From Candidatus Nealsonbacteria bacterium (GTDB taxonomy: Bacteria > Patescibacteriota > Minisyncoccia > Minisyncoccales > RBG-13-42-11): DNA of 64,000 nucleotides. Below, piece by piece: positions 10,546 through 20,400 of the stretch (position 1 is its first letter; every line of letters starts with the position of its first letter). The stretch covers positions 3,653 through 67,652 of the forward strand of contig JAHXGL010000001.1 of NCBI GenBank assembly GCA_019923655.1. Reading direction: 5' to 3'. The notes below the pieces were generated by a model. It saw only the letters and a program-made list of their open reading frames with translations. It was not told the DNA's origin and did not search any database. The position numbers were made by a program, and so were the translations under genes.

Positions 10546-11886
10546 ATGATTTCATTATTTGGGACAAGCGGAATAAGGGGCTCGGCTAAAGAATTTTTAA
10601 CTAATCAATTCTGTTTTGATATTGGCCGGGCTTTCGGCATATTCTTAAAAAACCATAAACAAAAAGGCAAAATAGCCGTAGGAATGGATCCTAGAAGATC
10701 CAGTCCAAGAATAAAGAGATCTTTTTCTTCAGGGCTCTTAAAAGAAGGCTACAAGGTTTCCGACCAAGGAATTGTTCCCGCTCCAGCTATGAATTATATT
10801 TTAATAGCTGATCCGGCTTTTGTTGGCAGTTGTATGATTACCGGAAGCCATATTAGATTAGATTTTAACGGGTTGAAATTTTTTGCCTTCAAAGAAGAAA
10901 TTTTAAAAAAACAGGAAAGAGAAATTGAAAATATTTACAAAAAAATCAAAGAGAGAATTCCGTTCAAACGAAAAAAAATAGAGTTCAAAAAAGAAAATAT
11001 TGCCATTAAATCTTACCGAGAAATGCTCTTAAACATAGCCAAACCGCCCTACCCTAAATGGAAGATAGTTATTGACGCTAGTAATGGCTGTCAGGTAAAA
11101 GCAATACCGACAATTCTTAAAAAATTAGGATTAAAAGTAAAAATTATAAATGGCAACCTGCAATCGGAAAAATTTATTCCCAGAGACACTGAAACCGAAG
11201 AAGCGGTAAAGGAGCTTCAAGAAAAAGTAAAAAAGGAGAAGGCGAATTTTGGAATAGCTTTTGATGGAGATGGAGACAGGGTAGTTTTTGTTGATAAAAA
11301 AGGAAGGTTTATTCCCGGAGATTATACTGGAACCCTAATCGCTAAATACAGCCCCACAGCAACCGTAGTTATCCCGACTAATGTTTCTCAAGTAGTAGAA
11401 ACCATAGGGAAGAAGATTGTTCGAACAAAAGTTGGCTCTCCTTATGTGGTTGAGGCAATGAAAAAATATAAAGCTTTTTTTGGCTTTGAAGCAAACGGTG
11501 GAGGAATTTCGGCTGAAATTATGATGAGTCGAGACGCTGGTTCTGTAACAATAAAAATTTTAAACTTATTAACCCAAAGCAAAAAAACTTTAGAAGAACT
11601 AATAAATACCCTTTCTAAATTTTTTCTTTATAGGGTCAAAATCAACTGTCCTCAAGAACTAAATCCAATTATTCTTAAAAAAGCAAAGAAGAAATTTAAA
11701 GGAATTAAAACCGAGGAAATCGACGGATTAAAAATCTGGCTTGATAAGTACGCTTGGATTCTTTTTCGGCCATCGGCTAACGCTCCGGAATTTCGGGTGT
11801 TTGCCGAAGCAAAAACCAAGGAAGAAGCTGAAAAATTAGGACAAAAAGGAATTAATTTTGTTAAATCATTGGTGAAACCTTGTTAG
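10546..11886 (+). CDS. Phosphohexomutase family protein (GlmM/ManB-like)
   Basis: GIRG N-terminus, TGSH active-site loop, FDGDGDR metal site, GFEANGG sugar loop. Confidence 0.8.
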   Translation: MISLFGTSGIRGSAKEFLTNQFCFDIGRAFGIFLKNHKQKGKIAVGMDPRRSSPRIKRSFSSGLLKEGYKVSDQGIVPAPAMNYILIADPAFVGSCMITGSHIRLDFNGLKFFAFKEEILKKQEREIENIYKKIKERIPFKRKKIEFKKENIAIKSYREMLLNIAKPPYPKWKIVIDASNGCQVKAIPTILKKLGLKVKIINGNLQSEKFIPRDTETEEAVKELQEKVKKEKANFGIAFDGDGDRVVFVDKKGRFIPGDYTGTLIAKYSPTATVVIPTNVSQVVETIGKKIVRTKVGSPYVVEAMKKYKAFFGFEANGGGISAEIMMSRDAGSVTIKILNLLTQSKKTLEELINTLSKFFLYRVKINCPQELNPIILKKAKKKFKGIKTEEIDGLKIWLDKYAWILFRPSANAPEFRVFAEAKTKEEAEKLGQKGINFVKSLVKPC

Positions 11887-11929
11887 AAATAAAACCTTTG
11901 AGAAAAATTTCTAACAAGGTAAAATAATA

Positions 11930-12162
11930 GGGTAAAGTCTGAAAAACGGACCTATTTGTTCGTAATTTAGCTTAAAGCATCAGAAGCTCAGCAATCAAGT
12001 TTCAAGTCACCGGCTGTTAAAATCCCAGCGAGATTTTACAGCCTGCGTTCTCGGCTTGTTGTCCCTCACTTTGTTCGGGAACCATGCCAACAAGCCTGCG
12101 AAAGCTGCCTTGAAACCTATTGCCTCGCTTCTGAAATCGGTCCGGGAAATCGAACCTTACCC
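11930..12162. ncRNA. Candidate structured RNA of unknown class; strand unresolved
   Basis: Nested complementary segments: GGGTAA(11930)/TTACCC(12157), CGGACC(11947)/GGTCCG(12139), CAGAAGC(11981)/GCTTCTG(12127). Also a 12-bp hairpin at 12012-12043, a 9-bp stem 12053-12061/12088-12096, and a GCGAAAGC tetraloop motif near 12097. Sits in a 282-nt non-coding gap. Confidence 0.45.
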
Positions 12163-12168
12163 AATAAT

Positions 12169-13059
12169 ATGTCTTTTTCAGTGGGTATAATTGGCTTGCC
12201 AAATGTTGGCAAATCAACTCTATTTAAGGCTTTGACTAAAAATCCTGTGGGTATTGCTGACTACCCTTTTACCACTATTCATCCCAATGTCGGGCTAGTG
12301 GCGGTTCCTGATAAAAGATTAGAAAAAATTGCTCAAGTTATTAAACCGGAAAAAATAACCCCGACTGTAATTGAGTTTGTTGATATTGCAGGCCTGGTCA
12401 AAGACGCTCATAAAGGCGAGGGTTTGGGAAATCAGTTCTTGGCCCAAATCAGAAATTGCGACGCTCTGGTTGAAGTTGTCAAAGCATTTGATAATGCGAG
12501 CAATGCAAGTATTGAAAAAGATATTGAAATAATTAAAACCGAACTGGAAAAGAAAGATTTAGAATCAAAAGAAAAAGAAAATCTTTTAAGCAAAAAGCCG
12601 ATTCTCTATGTCTTTAACATTAATGAACAAAGAACAAAGAACAATGAACAAGAATTAAAACAGATGTTTTCTTTTCCCTGTTCCTTGTTTATTGATCTTA
12701 AGCTTGAAGTAGAAATATCAGAGATGTCAGAGTCCGAAATAAAAGAATTGGGCATCGCTTCCAAGCTTGACCAAATGATTTTAAGTTGCTATGATATTCT
12801 TAGTTTGATTACTTTTTACACGATAACTCGCGGGAAAGAAACCAGGGCATGGACGTTAAAAAAAGGGTTAAGAGTGCCGGTAGCTGGTGGAATTGTCCAT
12901 TCTGATTTTGAAACCAAATTTATTAGGGCCGAAGTAATCAGCGCGCAGAAATTAATCGCAGCCGGTTCCTGGAAACAAGCGCGGGAATTAGGGCAAATCT
13001 TAACAACTGGAAAAGAGTATGTTGTAGAAGACGGCGATGTTGTAGAATTTAAAATATGA
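12169..13059 (+). CDS. ychF: Ribosome-binding ATPase YchF (Obg-like GTPase family), short form
   Basis: GIIGLPNVGKSTLFKALT P-loop; C-terminal TGS-like HSDFETKFIRAEV...VEDGDVVEFK. Confidence 0.88.
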   Translation: MSFSVGIIGLPNVGKSTLFKALTKNPVGIADYPFTTIHPNVGLVAVPDKRLEKIAQVIKPEKITPTVIEFVDIAGLVKDAHKGEGLGNQFLAQIRNCDALVEVVKAFDNASNASIEKDIEIIKTELEKKDLESKEKENLLSKKPILYVFNINEQRTKNNEQELKQMFSFPCSLFIDLKLEVEISEMSESEIKELGIASKLDQMILSCYDILSLITFYTITRGKETRAWTLKKGLRVPVAGGIVHSDFETKFIRAEVISAQKLIAAGSWKQARELGQILTTGKEYVVEDGDVVEFKI

Positions 13060-13102
13060 GCAAGGTTGAGCAAAGCGAAAATTGCGTTCTCGTTACATTC
13101 AC

Positions 13103-13531
13103 ATGAAACACTACGAAATAACTTATCTTATTTCTTCAGAAATTCCTGAACAGGAAGCTAAGAAAATTCAAGAGAAAATAAACTTTTTAATCCAAAAACA
13201 GGGAGGAGTTTTGAAAAATAAAGGTCTTTTTTTAAGAAATAAGCTGTCTTGTCCTGTTAAAAAACAGATCCAGGTATTTTTGCTTGTTTTGAAATTCCAA
13301 ATAAACCCCGAGAACCTGCTTTTTTTAGAAAAAGAAATAAAAGCTGAAAAACAAGTTTTGCGTTATTTGATATTAGCCCAAGAACCGCTTAAAGAGAAAG
13401 CAAGAGAAATGTTTCCGAAACCCTTGACAGGATTAAAAAAGCCTGTTTTGCCGGTTGCCTTAGCCGAAGAGAAGAAAGTTAAATTAAAAGAAATAGAAAA
13501 AAAATTGGAAGGAATATTAGAAGAGATTTAA
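13103..13531 (+). CDS. rpsF: 30S ribosomal protein S6 with a C-terminal extension
   Basis: MKHYEITYLIS start; position in the rpsF-ssb-rpsR arrangement. Confidence 0.8.
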   Translation: MKHYEITYLISSEIPEQEAKKIQEKINFLIQKQGGVLKNKGLFLRNKLSCPVKKQIQVFLLVLKFQINPENLLFLEKEIKAEKQVLRYLILAQEPLKEKAREMFPKPLTGLKKPVLPVALAEEKKVKLKEIEKKLEGILEEI

Positions 13532-13647
13532 AGCCGATTTTAAAAAGGTCGATGACAATATATAGGAGTGTGGGATCATAGGGTAACTAACAAAATATAA
13601 TGAAGCTGTCTAAAATTGACTAATATAATGACAGACTTCTAACAGGA

Positions 13648-14082
13648 GTGAATTTTAATAAAGTTATTTTAATTGGTCGTTTGACTCGTGATCCAGAAAC
13701 AAGAAGCCTTCCATCAGGGCAATCAGTGGTTAATTTTGGAATGGCAACAACTAATTTTTTTACTGATAAATCCGGCCAAAAACAACAGCAAACAGAATTT
13801 CATAATATTGTTCTTTTTGGAAGATTAGCTGATATTGCTTCTCAATATTTAAATAAAGGTTCTTTGGTTTTGATTGAGGGCCGACTCCAAACAAGAACTT
13901 GGCAGGATTCTTCCGGAAATAAGAGATCTCGGACAGAAATTATTGCTCAAAGTTTGCAATTAGGGCCCCGAACAGCTGGAAAGGTTGTTCCTCCTGGAGA
14001 GGAGACGGAAAAACAAGCTGAACAAGAAGACATTCCAGTTATTGAAGAAGAGGAGATAGATATTAAGGACATACCTCTGTAA
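13648..14082 (+). CDS. ssb: Single-stranded DNA-binding protein
   Basis: NKVILIGRLTRDPE...TEFHNIVLFGRLA OB-fold and an acidic DIPL-type tail; GTG start. Confidence 0.92.
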   Translation: MNFNKVILIGRLTRDPETRSLPSGQSVVNFGMATTNFFTDKSGQKQQQTEFHNIVLFGRLADIASQYLNKGSLVLIEGRLQTRTWQDSSGNKRSRTEIIAQSLQLGPRTAGKVVPPGEETEKQAEQEDIPVIEEEEIDIKDIPL

Positions 14083-14086
14083 AACT

Positions 14087-14284
14087 ATGGATTGTTATTT
14101 TTGTAAAAGCAATATTAAAGAGATTGATTTTAAGGAAAGCCAAGTTCTGCGAAGGTTTATTTCAGGAGCTGGAAAGATTAAACCAAAAAAAAGAACCGGA
14201 ACTTGTTCCAGTCATCAGAGAAAATTAGCCCGAGCTATTAAAAGAGCTCGGTATTTAGGAATTCTCTCTTCAATTGCTCGTTGA
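14087..14284 (+). CDS. rpsR: 30S ribosomal protein S18
   Basis: CYFCK...IDFK...LRRFIS..GKI..RR.TG.C..HQR.LA.AIKRAR.LG. Confidence 0.92.
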   Translation: MDCYFCKSNIKEIDFKESQVLRRFISGAGKIKPKKRTGTCSSHQRKLARAIKRARYLGILSSIAR

Positions 14285-15262
14285 TAAGTCTTTAATTTTT
14301 TTTGTAATTTCCGGATTCTTTCTTAAGAATTCTTTGCTGATTTCAGTTCCCTGTCCAAGTTTAATATTTTCAAATTGGAGCCAAGAGCCGGCTTTTTTTA
14401 TTACCCCTGTTTTTAAGCCGGTGCTTAAAACATCGCCAAAAAAAGAAATTCCCTCATTGTAAAAAATATCAAATTCAGCCACCTTAAACGGAGGAGCGAT
14501 TTTGTTTTTTACTATTTTCGCTTTAATCCTAGAACCAATAATTTCTTCTTTTTGTTTAATTTGAGCAATTCTTCTCAAATCAATCCTTACCGAAGCGTAA
14601 AATTTCAAAGCTAAACCGCCGGGCGTTGTTTCGGGATTACCGAAGCGAATTCCGATTTTCATTCTAGTTTGATTCAGAAATATGACTACGGTTTTTGTCT
14701 TAGCAATAATGCTTGAAAGTTTACGGAGCGCTTGCGACATAATTCTAGCCTGAAGGCCAATTTGAAATTCGCCTATTTCTCCGTCAATTTCTGCCTGAGG
14801 AACCAAAGCAGCCACTGAATCAACCACGATGACATCAATTTCCCCTGACCTGATTAATCTCTCAACAATCTGTAATGCCTGTTCTCCGGAATCTGGCTGG
14901 GAAATTAATAAATTATCAATATCAACTCCGATTCTTTTAGCGTAGTCAGGGTCCATGGCGTGTTCCGCGTCAACAAAAGCAGCCACCCCTCCTTGTTTTT
15001 GGGCTTCGGCGCAAATATGTAAAGCCAAAGTGCTCTTGCCGCTTGACTCCGGGCCAAAAATCTCAATTACTCTGCCCCGGGGAATACCGCTTACCCCCAA
15101 AGCTAAATCTAAGGAAAAAGAGCCCGTAGGAATAACATTAACATCTACTGCCTCTGTTTCTTTTAATTTCATAATCGCGCCATCGCCAAATCTTTGTTTG
15201 ATTTCAGTAATTGCTTCCTGGAGATCTTTCCCTTGAGATGGTAAGTCTTTTTTCTTTGACAT
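14270..15262 (-). CDS. recA: Recombinase RecA
   Basis: [13 protein letters not shown] Walker A, FVDAEHA, the [13 protein letters not shown]2 region. Confidence 0.97.
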   Translation of the reverse strand: MSKKKDLPSQGKDLQEAITEIKQRFGDGAIMKLKETEAVDVNVIPTGSFSLDLALGVSGIPRGRVIEIFGPESSGKSTLALHICAEAQKQGGVAAFVDAEHAMDPDYAKRIGVDIDNLLISQPDSGEQALQIVERLIRSGEIDVIVVDSVAALVPQAEIDGEIGEFQIGLQARIMSQALRKLSSIIAKTKTVVIFLNQTRMKIGIRFGNPETTPGGLALKFYASVRIDLRRIAQIKQKEEIIGSRIKAKIVKNKIAPPFKVAEFDIFYNEGISFFGDVLSTGLKTGVIKKAGSWLQFENIKLGQGTEISKEFLRKNPEITKKIKDLSTSN

Positions 15263-15282
15263 ATTTTTATATTAACATTTGA

Positions 15283-17475
15283 TTATATTTTTTGCCAGCC
15301 ATTCTCTTCTTCATTGCCTTTAACATCATCTTCAAAATAGACCTCTCTTGGTTTAGCTCCTTGTCCGTGTCCGACTATTCCATTTTCCTCAAGTATATCC
15401 AATAATCTGGCTGCTCGGGCGTAGCCAATGCTTAATCTTCTTTGAAGCAGAGAGGCAGAAGCTTTTTTCGCTTCAATAACTATTTTCTTTGCTTCTTCGT
15501 ACAAAACATCTTTTTCGGATGAAAATTTAGTTGAATGAAAATCAAAGGATTCCAAGCTTGTTTCAAGATCTTTAGCTAAATCATTTTTAGGCAATTCCTT
15601 GTCATCGGTTTCGCCCGGATAAGGGTCAGAACTTTCAATTGTCGATTTTATCGCTTTTAATTTAATCCAATCAACCACATTTCTTATTTCCTTTTCTGAA
15701 ATATAAGCTCCTTGAATTCTTTTGGGCTTTGCAGTTTCAGCAGAAACAAAAAGCATATCGCCTAAACCTAAAAGTTTTTCTGCCCCGGCCATATCCAAGA
15801 TTGTTCTTGAGTCAATTTGAGAGGCAACCTGAAAAGTGATTCGGGAACTAATGTTCGCTTTAATTAAGCCGGTAATCACTTCTACTGACGGTCTTTGGGT
15901 AGCGACAACTAAATGAATGCCGACCGCCCTGGCCATTTGGGCCAACCTTACAATGCCAGCCTCTATTTCCTTTCCTCTGGCCGCGATTAAATCTGCCAAT
16001 TCGTCAATAATTAAAACAATATAAGGAATGGGTTTTTTTGTTTTTGGTAAAACTTTGGTATTATAGCTGAGAATATCGCGTGATCCATTTTCAGATAAAA
16101 CATCAAACCTTCTTTCCATTTCAGAGGTTAACCATTTTAAGGCGTTAACTGATTTTTGAGAATCAACAATAGCTGGGGTTAAGAGATGAGGCAGTTCTTG
16201 ATAAGTAGAAAACTCCACTCTTTTCGGGTCAATTAAGATAATTCTTAAAGTTTCCGGAGAGTTTCGATAAAGCAAACTTAAAATTAAAGAGTTTAAAAAA
16301 ATGGTTTTACCAGTACCCGTAGACCCTGCCACTAAAAGATGGGGCATTTTGGCAAGGTCGGCATAAAGGGGATTTCCGGAAACATCTCTACCCAAAACAA
16401 AGCTTAGAACAGAAGCAGAGTTTTGAAAATTAGGGCTTGAAATTAAATCTTTTAATCTAACCCGGCATCTTTCTCTATTTGGGATTTCAATCCCGACCAG
16501 GGATTTGCCTGGAATAGGCGCTTCAATTCTAATCGGATGGCTTGCCAGTGCCAAGGAAAGATTATTGGAAAGGGCGGTAATTTTTGAAAGCTTAATCCCT
16601 TCAGCCGGTTTCAGAGCATATTGAGTAACTGTTGGGCCAATATTTATTTCTGACATCTCTATTGTTAATCCAAAATTCTCCAAAGTTTTTTTGATGATAG
16701 CTGAATTGGTAATAGTATCTCCGGCCATTGGTTTTCCTTTTTCCGCTTCCAGCAAATCTAAAGGCGGCAGAAGATATTCGCTTTTTATGGTTGGTTTTAT
16801 TGGAGAAGCGGTCATCTCTTTGCTTTTTATTTTCAATGATTTGGTCGGAGAAAAGAGAGCAATTTGTTTAATTTTGAAATCCTGCGTTTTGTTGATTACT
16901 CTTTTTATCAATCGGCTGATTAAGGGTTTTTCTTGCTCGGTTTTTATTTTTAGTTCTTGTTTATCCTTTGTTTTGCCCTGATAGGGGATTAAGAACTGCC
17001 AGAGAATCAGGGTTCCGATTAAAATTAGCCCGCCAAATACAATTTGAGAAACCAGATCTCCAAAAAATCGGATAAAAGGCCAACTAAAAACAAAACCAAT
17101 CAATCCCCCTTGTTTGTCTTCTATGTTTGTTATTATCAAACTTTCCAAAAAGCCGCTTATCCCAACTATCAAAATAATGATTGCTAAAATTATCGGACCT
17201 AAGAATTTGGTATATTGAGTTTTTAGAGAAATTAAAGCTATGAAGATAAGAATTAAAGGAATGAGATAGGCTGTGCGTCCGATTAGAAAAACAAGAATAG
17301 CTGTTATTTTTTGTCCGGCTAATCCTGCCAAATTGAAGAAGCTTAAAATGATAATAATGGCGGCAATAAAAATTGCCATTCTAATAATCGTTTTTCTTGT
17401 TTCTCCCGGCAAAGTAAAAAAGCTTGGTTTTTTTATCCCTTTGGTTTTTTTATTTTTGAGTTTTTTTCTTGCCAT
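15283..17475 (-). CDS. ftsK: DNA translocase FtsK/SpoIIIE
   Basis: N-terminal TM helices, VAGSTGTGKT Walker A, a C-terminal gamma-like winged helix (ASLLQRRLSIGYARAARLLD). Confidence 0.93.
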   Translation of the reverse strand: MARKKLKNKKTKGIKKPSFFTLPGETRKTIIRMAIFIAAIIIILSFFNLAGLAGQKITAILVFLIGRTAYLIPLILIFIALISLKTQYTKFLGPIILAIIILIVGISGFLESLIITNIEDKQGGLIGFVFSWPFIRFFGDLVSQIVFGGLILIGTLILWQFLIPYQGKTKDKQELKIKTEQEKPLISRLIKRVINKTQDFKIKQIALFSPTKSLKIKSKEMTASPIKPTIKSEYLLPPLDLLEAEKGKPMAGDTITNSAIIKKTLENFGLTIEMSEINIGPTVTQYALKPAEGIKLSKITALSNNLSLALASHPIRIEAPIPGKSLVGIEIPNRERCRVRLKDLISSPNFQNSASVLSFVLGRDVSGNPLYADLAKMPHLLVAGSTGTGKTIFLNSLILSLLYRNSPETLRIILIDPKRVEFSTYQELPHLLTPAIVDSQKSVNALKWLTSEMERRFDVLSENGSRDILSYNTKVLPKTKKPIPYIVLIIDELADLIAARGKEIEAGIVRLAQMARAVGIHLVVATQRPSVEVITGLIKANISSRITFQVASQIDSRTILDMAGAEKLLGLGDMLFVSAETAKPKRIQGAYISEKEIRNVVDWIKLKAIKSTIESSDPYPGETDDKELPKNDLAKDLETSLESFDFHSTKFSSEKDVLYEEAKKIVIEAKKASASLLQRRLSIGYARAARLLDILEENGIVGHGQGAKPREVYFEDDVKGNEEENGWQKI

Positions 17476-17478
17476 TTC

Positions 17479-20400
17479 TTAGGAGTTAAGCGGGGTAAAG
17501 CCGGTCCCTGCGGGAATAAGCTTTCCAATAATCACATTTTCTTTAAGCCCGTGGAGTTTATCTTCTTTTCCTCTCAATGAAGCGTTGATTAAAACCCGAG
17601 AAGTTTCCTGAAAAGAAGCAGCGGAAAGAAAGCTCTCAGTGGTTAAAGCGACCTTAGAGACGCCAAGCAAAAGAACAATACCCTTGGCTGGCTTTTTTTT
17701 CTCTTTTTTGAGCTGAATGTTCTCTCTTAAAAATTCCGCTTTTTCTACAATTTCCCCAAGTTTAAAAATAGAATCTTCGGAAACAACAATCTTTAAACGA
17801 GAGAACATTTGGCGGCAGATTGTTTCTATGTGTTTGTCATGAAGTGAAACCCCTTGGGAAACATAAATTTTTTGGACTTCTTTGACAATATATTTTTGAG
17901 TTTGTTCAAGCCCAACCAACTTAAATAATTCTTTTAAGTCTAAATTACCCTCGCAGAGTTGCTGGCCTATTTCTATTTCTTGGTTAGGTTCTACTAAAAT
18001 TGCTATATTTTCCGGAATTTTATATTCTAAGATTGAAGACAAACTTTTAGTAGTCCTCCAATTCTTTTTTGTTTCTGACAGCAATTTTTTGCGTTTTTGT
18101 TTTATCTTTATTACCCTTTCAGGAGTTATTTCTATTATTTTTCCTCGGACTTGGGAAATCTTAGCTTTTCCTTTCGGTATTCTAGCTTCAAAAATCTCTT
18201 GAACTCGAGGCAGGCCAAGGGTAATATCACTTTCTCCGGCAACGCCCCCGGAATGGAAAGTTCTCATTGTTAGTTGGGTTCCTGGTTCGCCAATTGACTG
18301 AGCAGCCACAATTCCGGCTGCCTGTCCTATTTCTATTATTTTGTTTTTTCCCATATCCCAACCATAACATTTTTGACAAAGGCCTTTTACTACTTCACAA
18401 GTAAGCGGACTGGCGATTTTTATCTCTTTGATATTAAGACTGACTATTTTATCAGCTTTTTCCCAATCAATAATTTCTCCTTTTTTGCAAACCCCTTTTA
18501 TGTTTTCAAGGCTTATTCTTCCTGAAATTTTATGAATAAAATTCTGGCCAATTTCATCGGCATCTTTTCTTTGGACGATAATTCCTTGTTTGTTTCCGCA
18601 ATCTTTGGTAGTAATGATTATTTCATGGGCAACATCTATCAGTCTTCGGGTGAGATATCCAGCCGCTGCAGTTCGAAGCGCCGTGTCAGCCAGTCCTTTT
18701 CTTGTTCCATGAGTGGAAATAAAATATTCTAAAACATCAAAACCCTGCTTAAAAGAGTTTTTTATGGGCATTTCAATGATTTGACCGGTCGGATTAATAA
18801 CCAAACCTTTCATACCTGCCATTTGAACCGACGGACCCCAGGATCCTTTTGCTCCTGATTCAATGATTTGATAAATTGGCCCATTTTTTGGCAAGGTTTT
18901 CGGGATCAATTCTTCAATTTTGGACTTTGCTTTATTCCAAATTTTAATTACTTTAATAGTTTTTTCTTCTCTTGAGAGAAATCCTTTTTTTAAGTGTCCT
19001 TCAATTTCTTCTACTTCCTTTTCTGCTTCTTTTATAATTTTGGTTTTTTCTAAGGGAATAATTAAATCATCCATTCCCCAGGATATTCCGGACAGGCTGG
19101 CGTATTCAAATCCTAATAGTTTTATTTTATTTAAGAGATCTTGCGTTTTTTCTAAAGGGTATTTTTCAATAGTTTCCCTGCTTATTCTTTCTAAGTCTTT
19201 TATTTTTATTTCTGAATTCTGGAATGGGTAGTTTGAAGGCAGGGCTTGGTTGAAAATAATCCGACCAACCGAAGTTTCAATTAAATCCGTGCGTTTTAGC
19301 GGTTTAACATTTTGTCGGGACAGCCGCGTTTTAATTTTGGTTTTTAAGTCAATTTCGCCAAACTCATAAGCTAACATCGCTTCTTCGGGACTGGTAAAAA
19401 ATTTCTCTGGTTTTAGTGCTTCATCTTCAATTTTAGTTAAATAATAACAACCAAGAGCAATGTCTTGATGGAAAGTAATAACCGGAATACCTGTTGCCGG
19501 TTTTAGAAAATTAGCCGTGGAAAGCATAATTTCTCTAGCTTCTTTTTGGGCAATGGTTGAAAGGGGCAGGTGAACCGCCATTTGATCTCCGTCAAAATCA
19601 GCATTAAAAGCCTTACAGACCATGGGATGAATTTTAATGGCTTCTCCTTCAATTAAAACCGGATAGAAAGCTTGAATACCCAGCCGATGGAGGGTTGGCG
19701 CCCGATTTAATAAAACAACTTTATCTTTTGTTATTTCTTCTAAAATTGCCCAGACCTCATCTATGCCTTCTTCAATTAATTTTGAGGCGCTTCGAACATT
19801 ATAAGCTAGTTCTTTTTCCAAAATCTTTTTAATTATAAATGGCTTAAAAAGTTCCAGAGCCATTTTTTTAGGGAGACCGACTTGGTTAAGTTTTAATTCC
19901 GGACCAACGACAATTACCGACCGACCGGAATAATCAACTCGTTTGCCTAAAAGGTTCTGCCTGAATCGCCCCTGTTTCCCTTTAAGGATGTCAGCTAAAG
20001 ATTTTAGCATTCGCTTTCCGCCGGTCGTGGCAGTGGTCATTGTTCCTTTTCGGGCTTCGTTGTCAATGAGAGCGTCTACTGCTTCCTGGAGCATTCTTTT
20101 TTCATTCCTTAGAATAACTTCAGGCGCTTCTATTTCTAAAAGATATTTTAATCGATTGTTTCGATTAATTACTCGGCGATAAAGGTCGTTTAAATCCGAA
20201 GAAGCATACCGGCCGCCGTCCAGTTGCACCATTGGTCTTAAATCCGGAGGCGATACTGGTAAAAGTGTTAAAAATACCCATTCTGGTCTAATCTCAGCTT
20301 TTAACATTCCCTGGAAAAGTTTTATCCTTTCTAATATTTTTCTTTTAGCCAGGACTTGCCCCGTTAGATAATTTTTATCTAACGGGGCTTGCTCTGTTAG

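Noticed and set aside
11930-12162. Assigning the candidate structured RNA to tmRNA, RNase P RNA, SRP RNA, 6S RNA or a known riboswitch
   Set aside because: It has no tRNA-like T-arm or CCA end and no plausible tag ORF. The P4 consensus (GGAAAGUCC/ACAGAACCCGGCUUA) is only loosely mimicked and the length is too short. There is no SRP GGAA-capped helix 8 motif. I could find no conserved cores of TPP, cobalamin, glmS, ykkC or c-di-NMP elements. The class is left unknown.
12017-12217. 66-aa minus-strand ORF overlapping the candidate RNA and the ychF start
   Set aside because: It overlaps the ychF start codon region, has no SD or motif, and its sequence is explained by the helices of the putative RNA.
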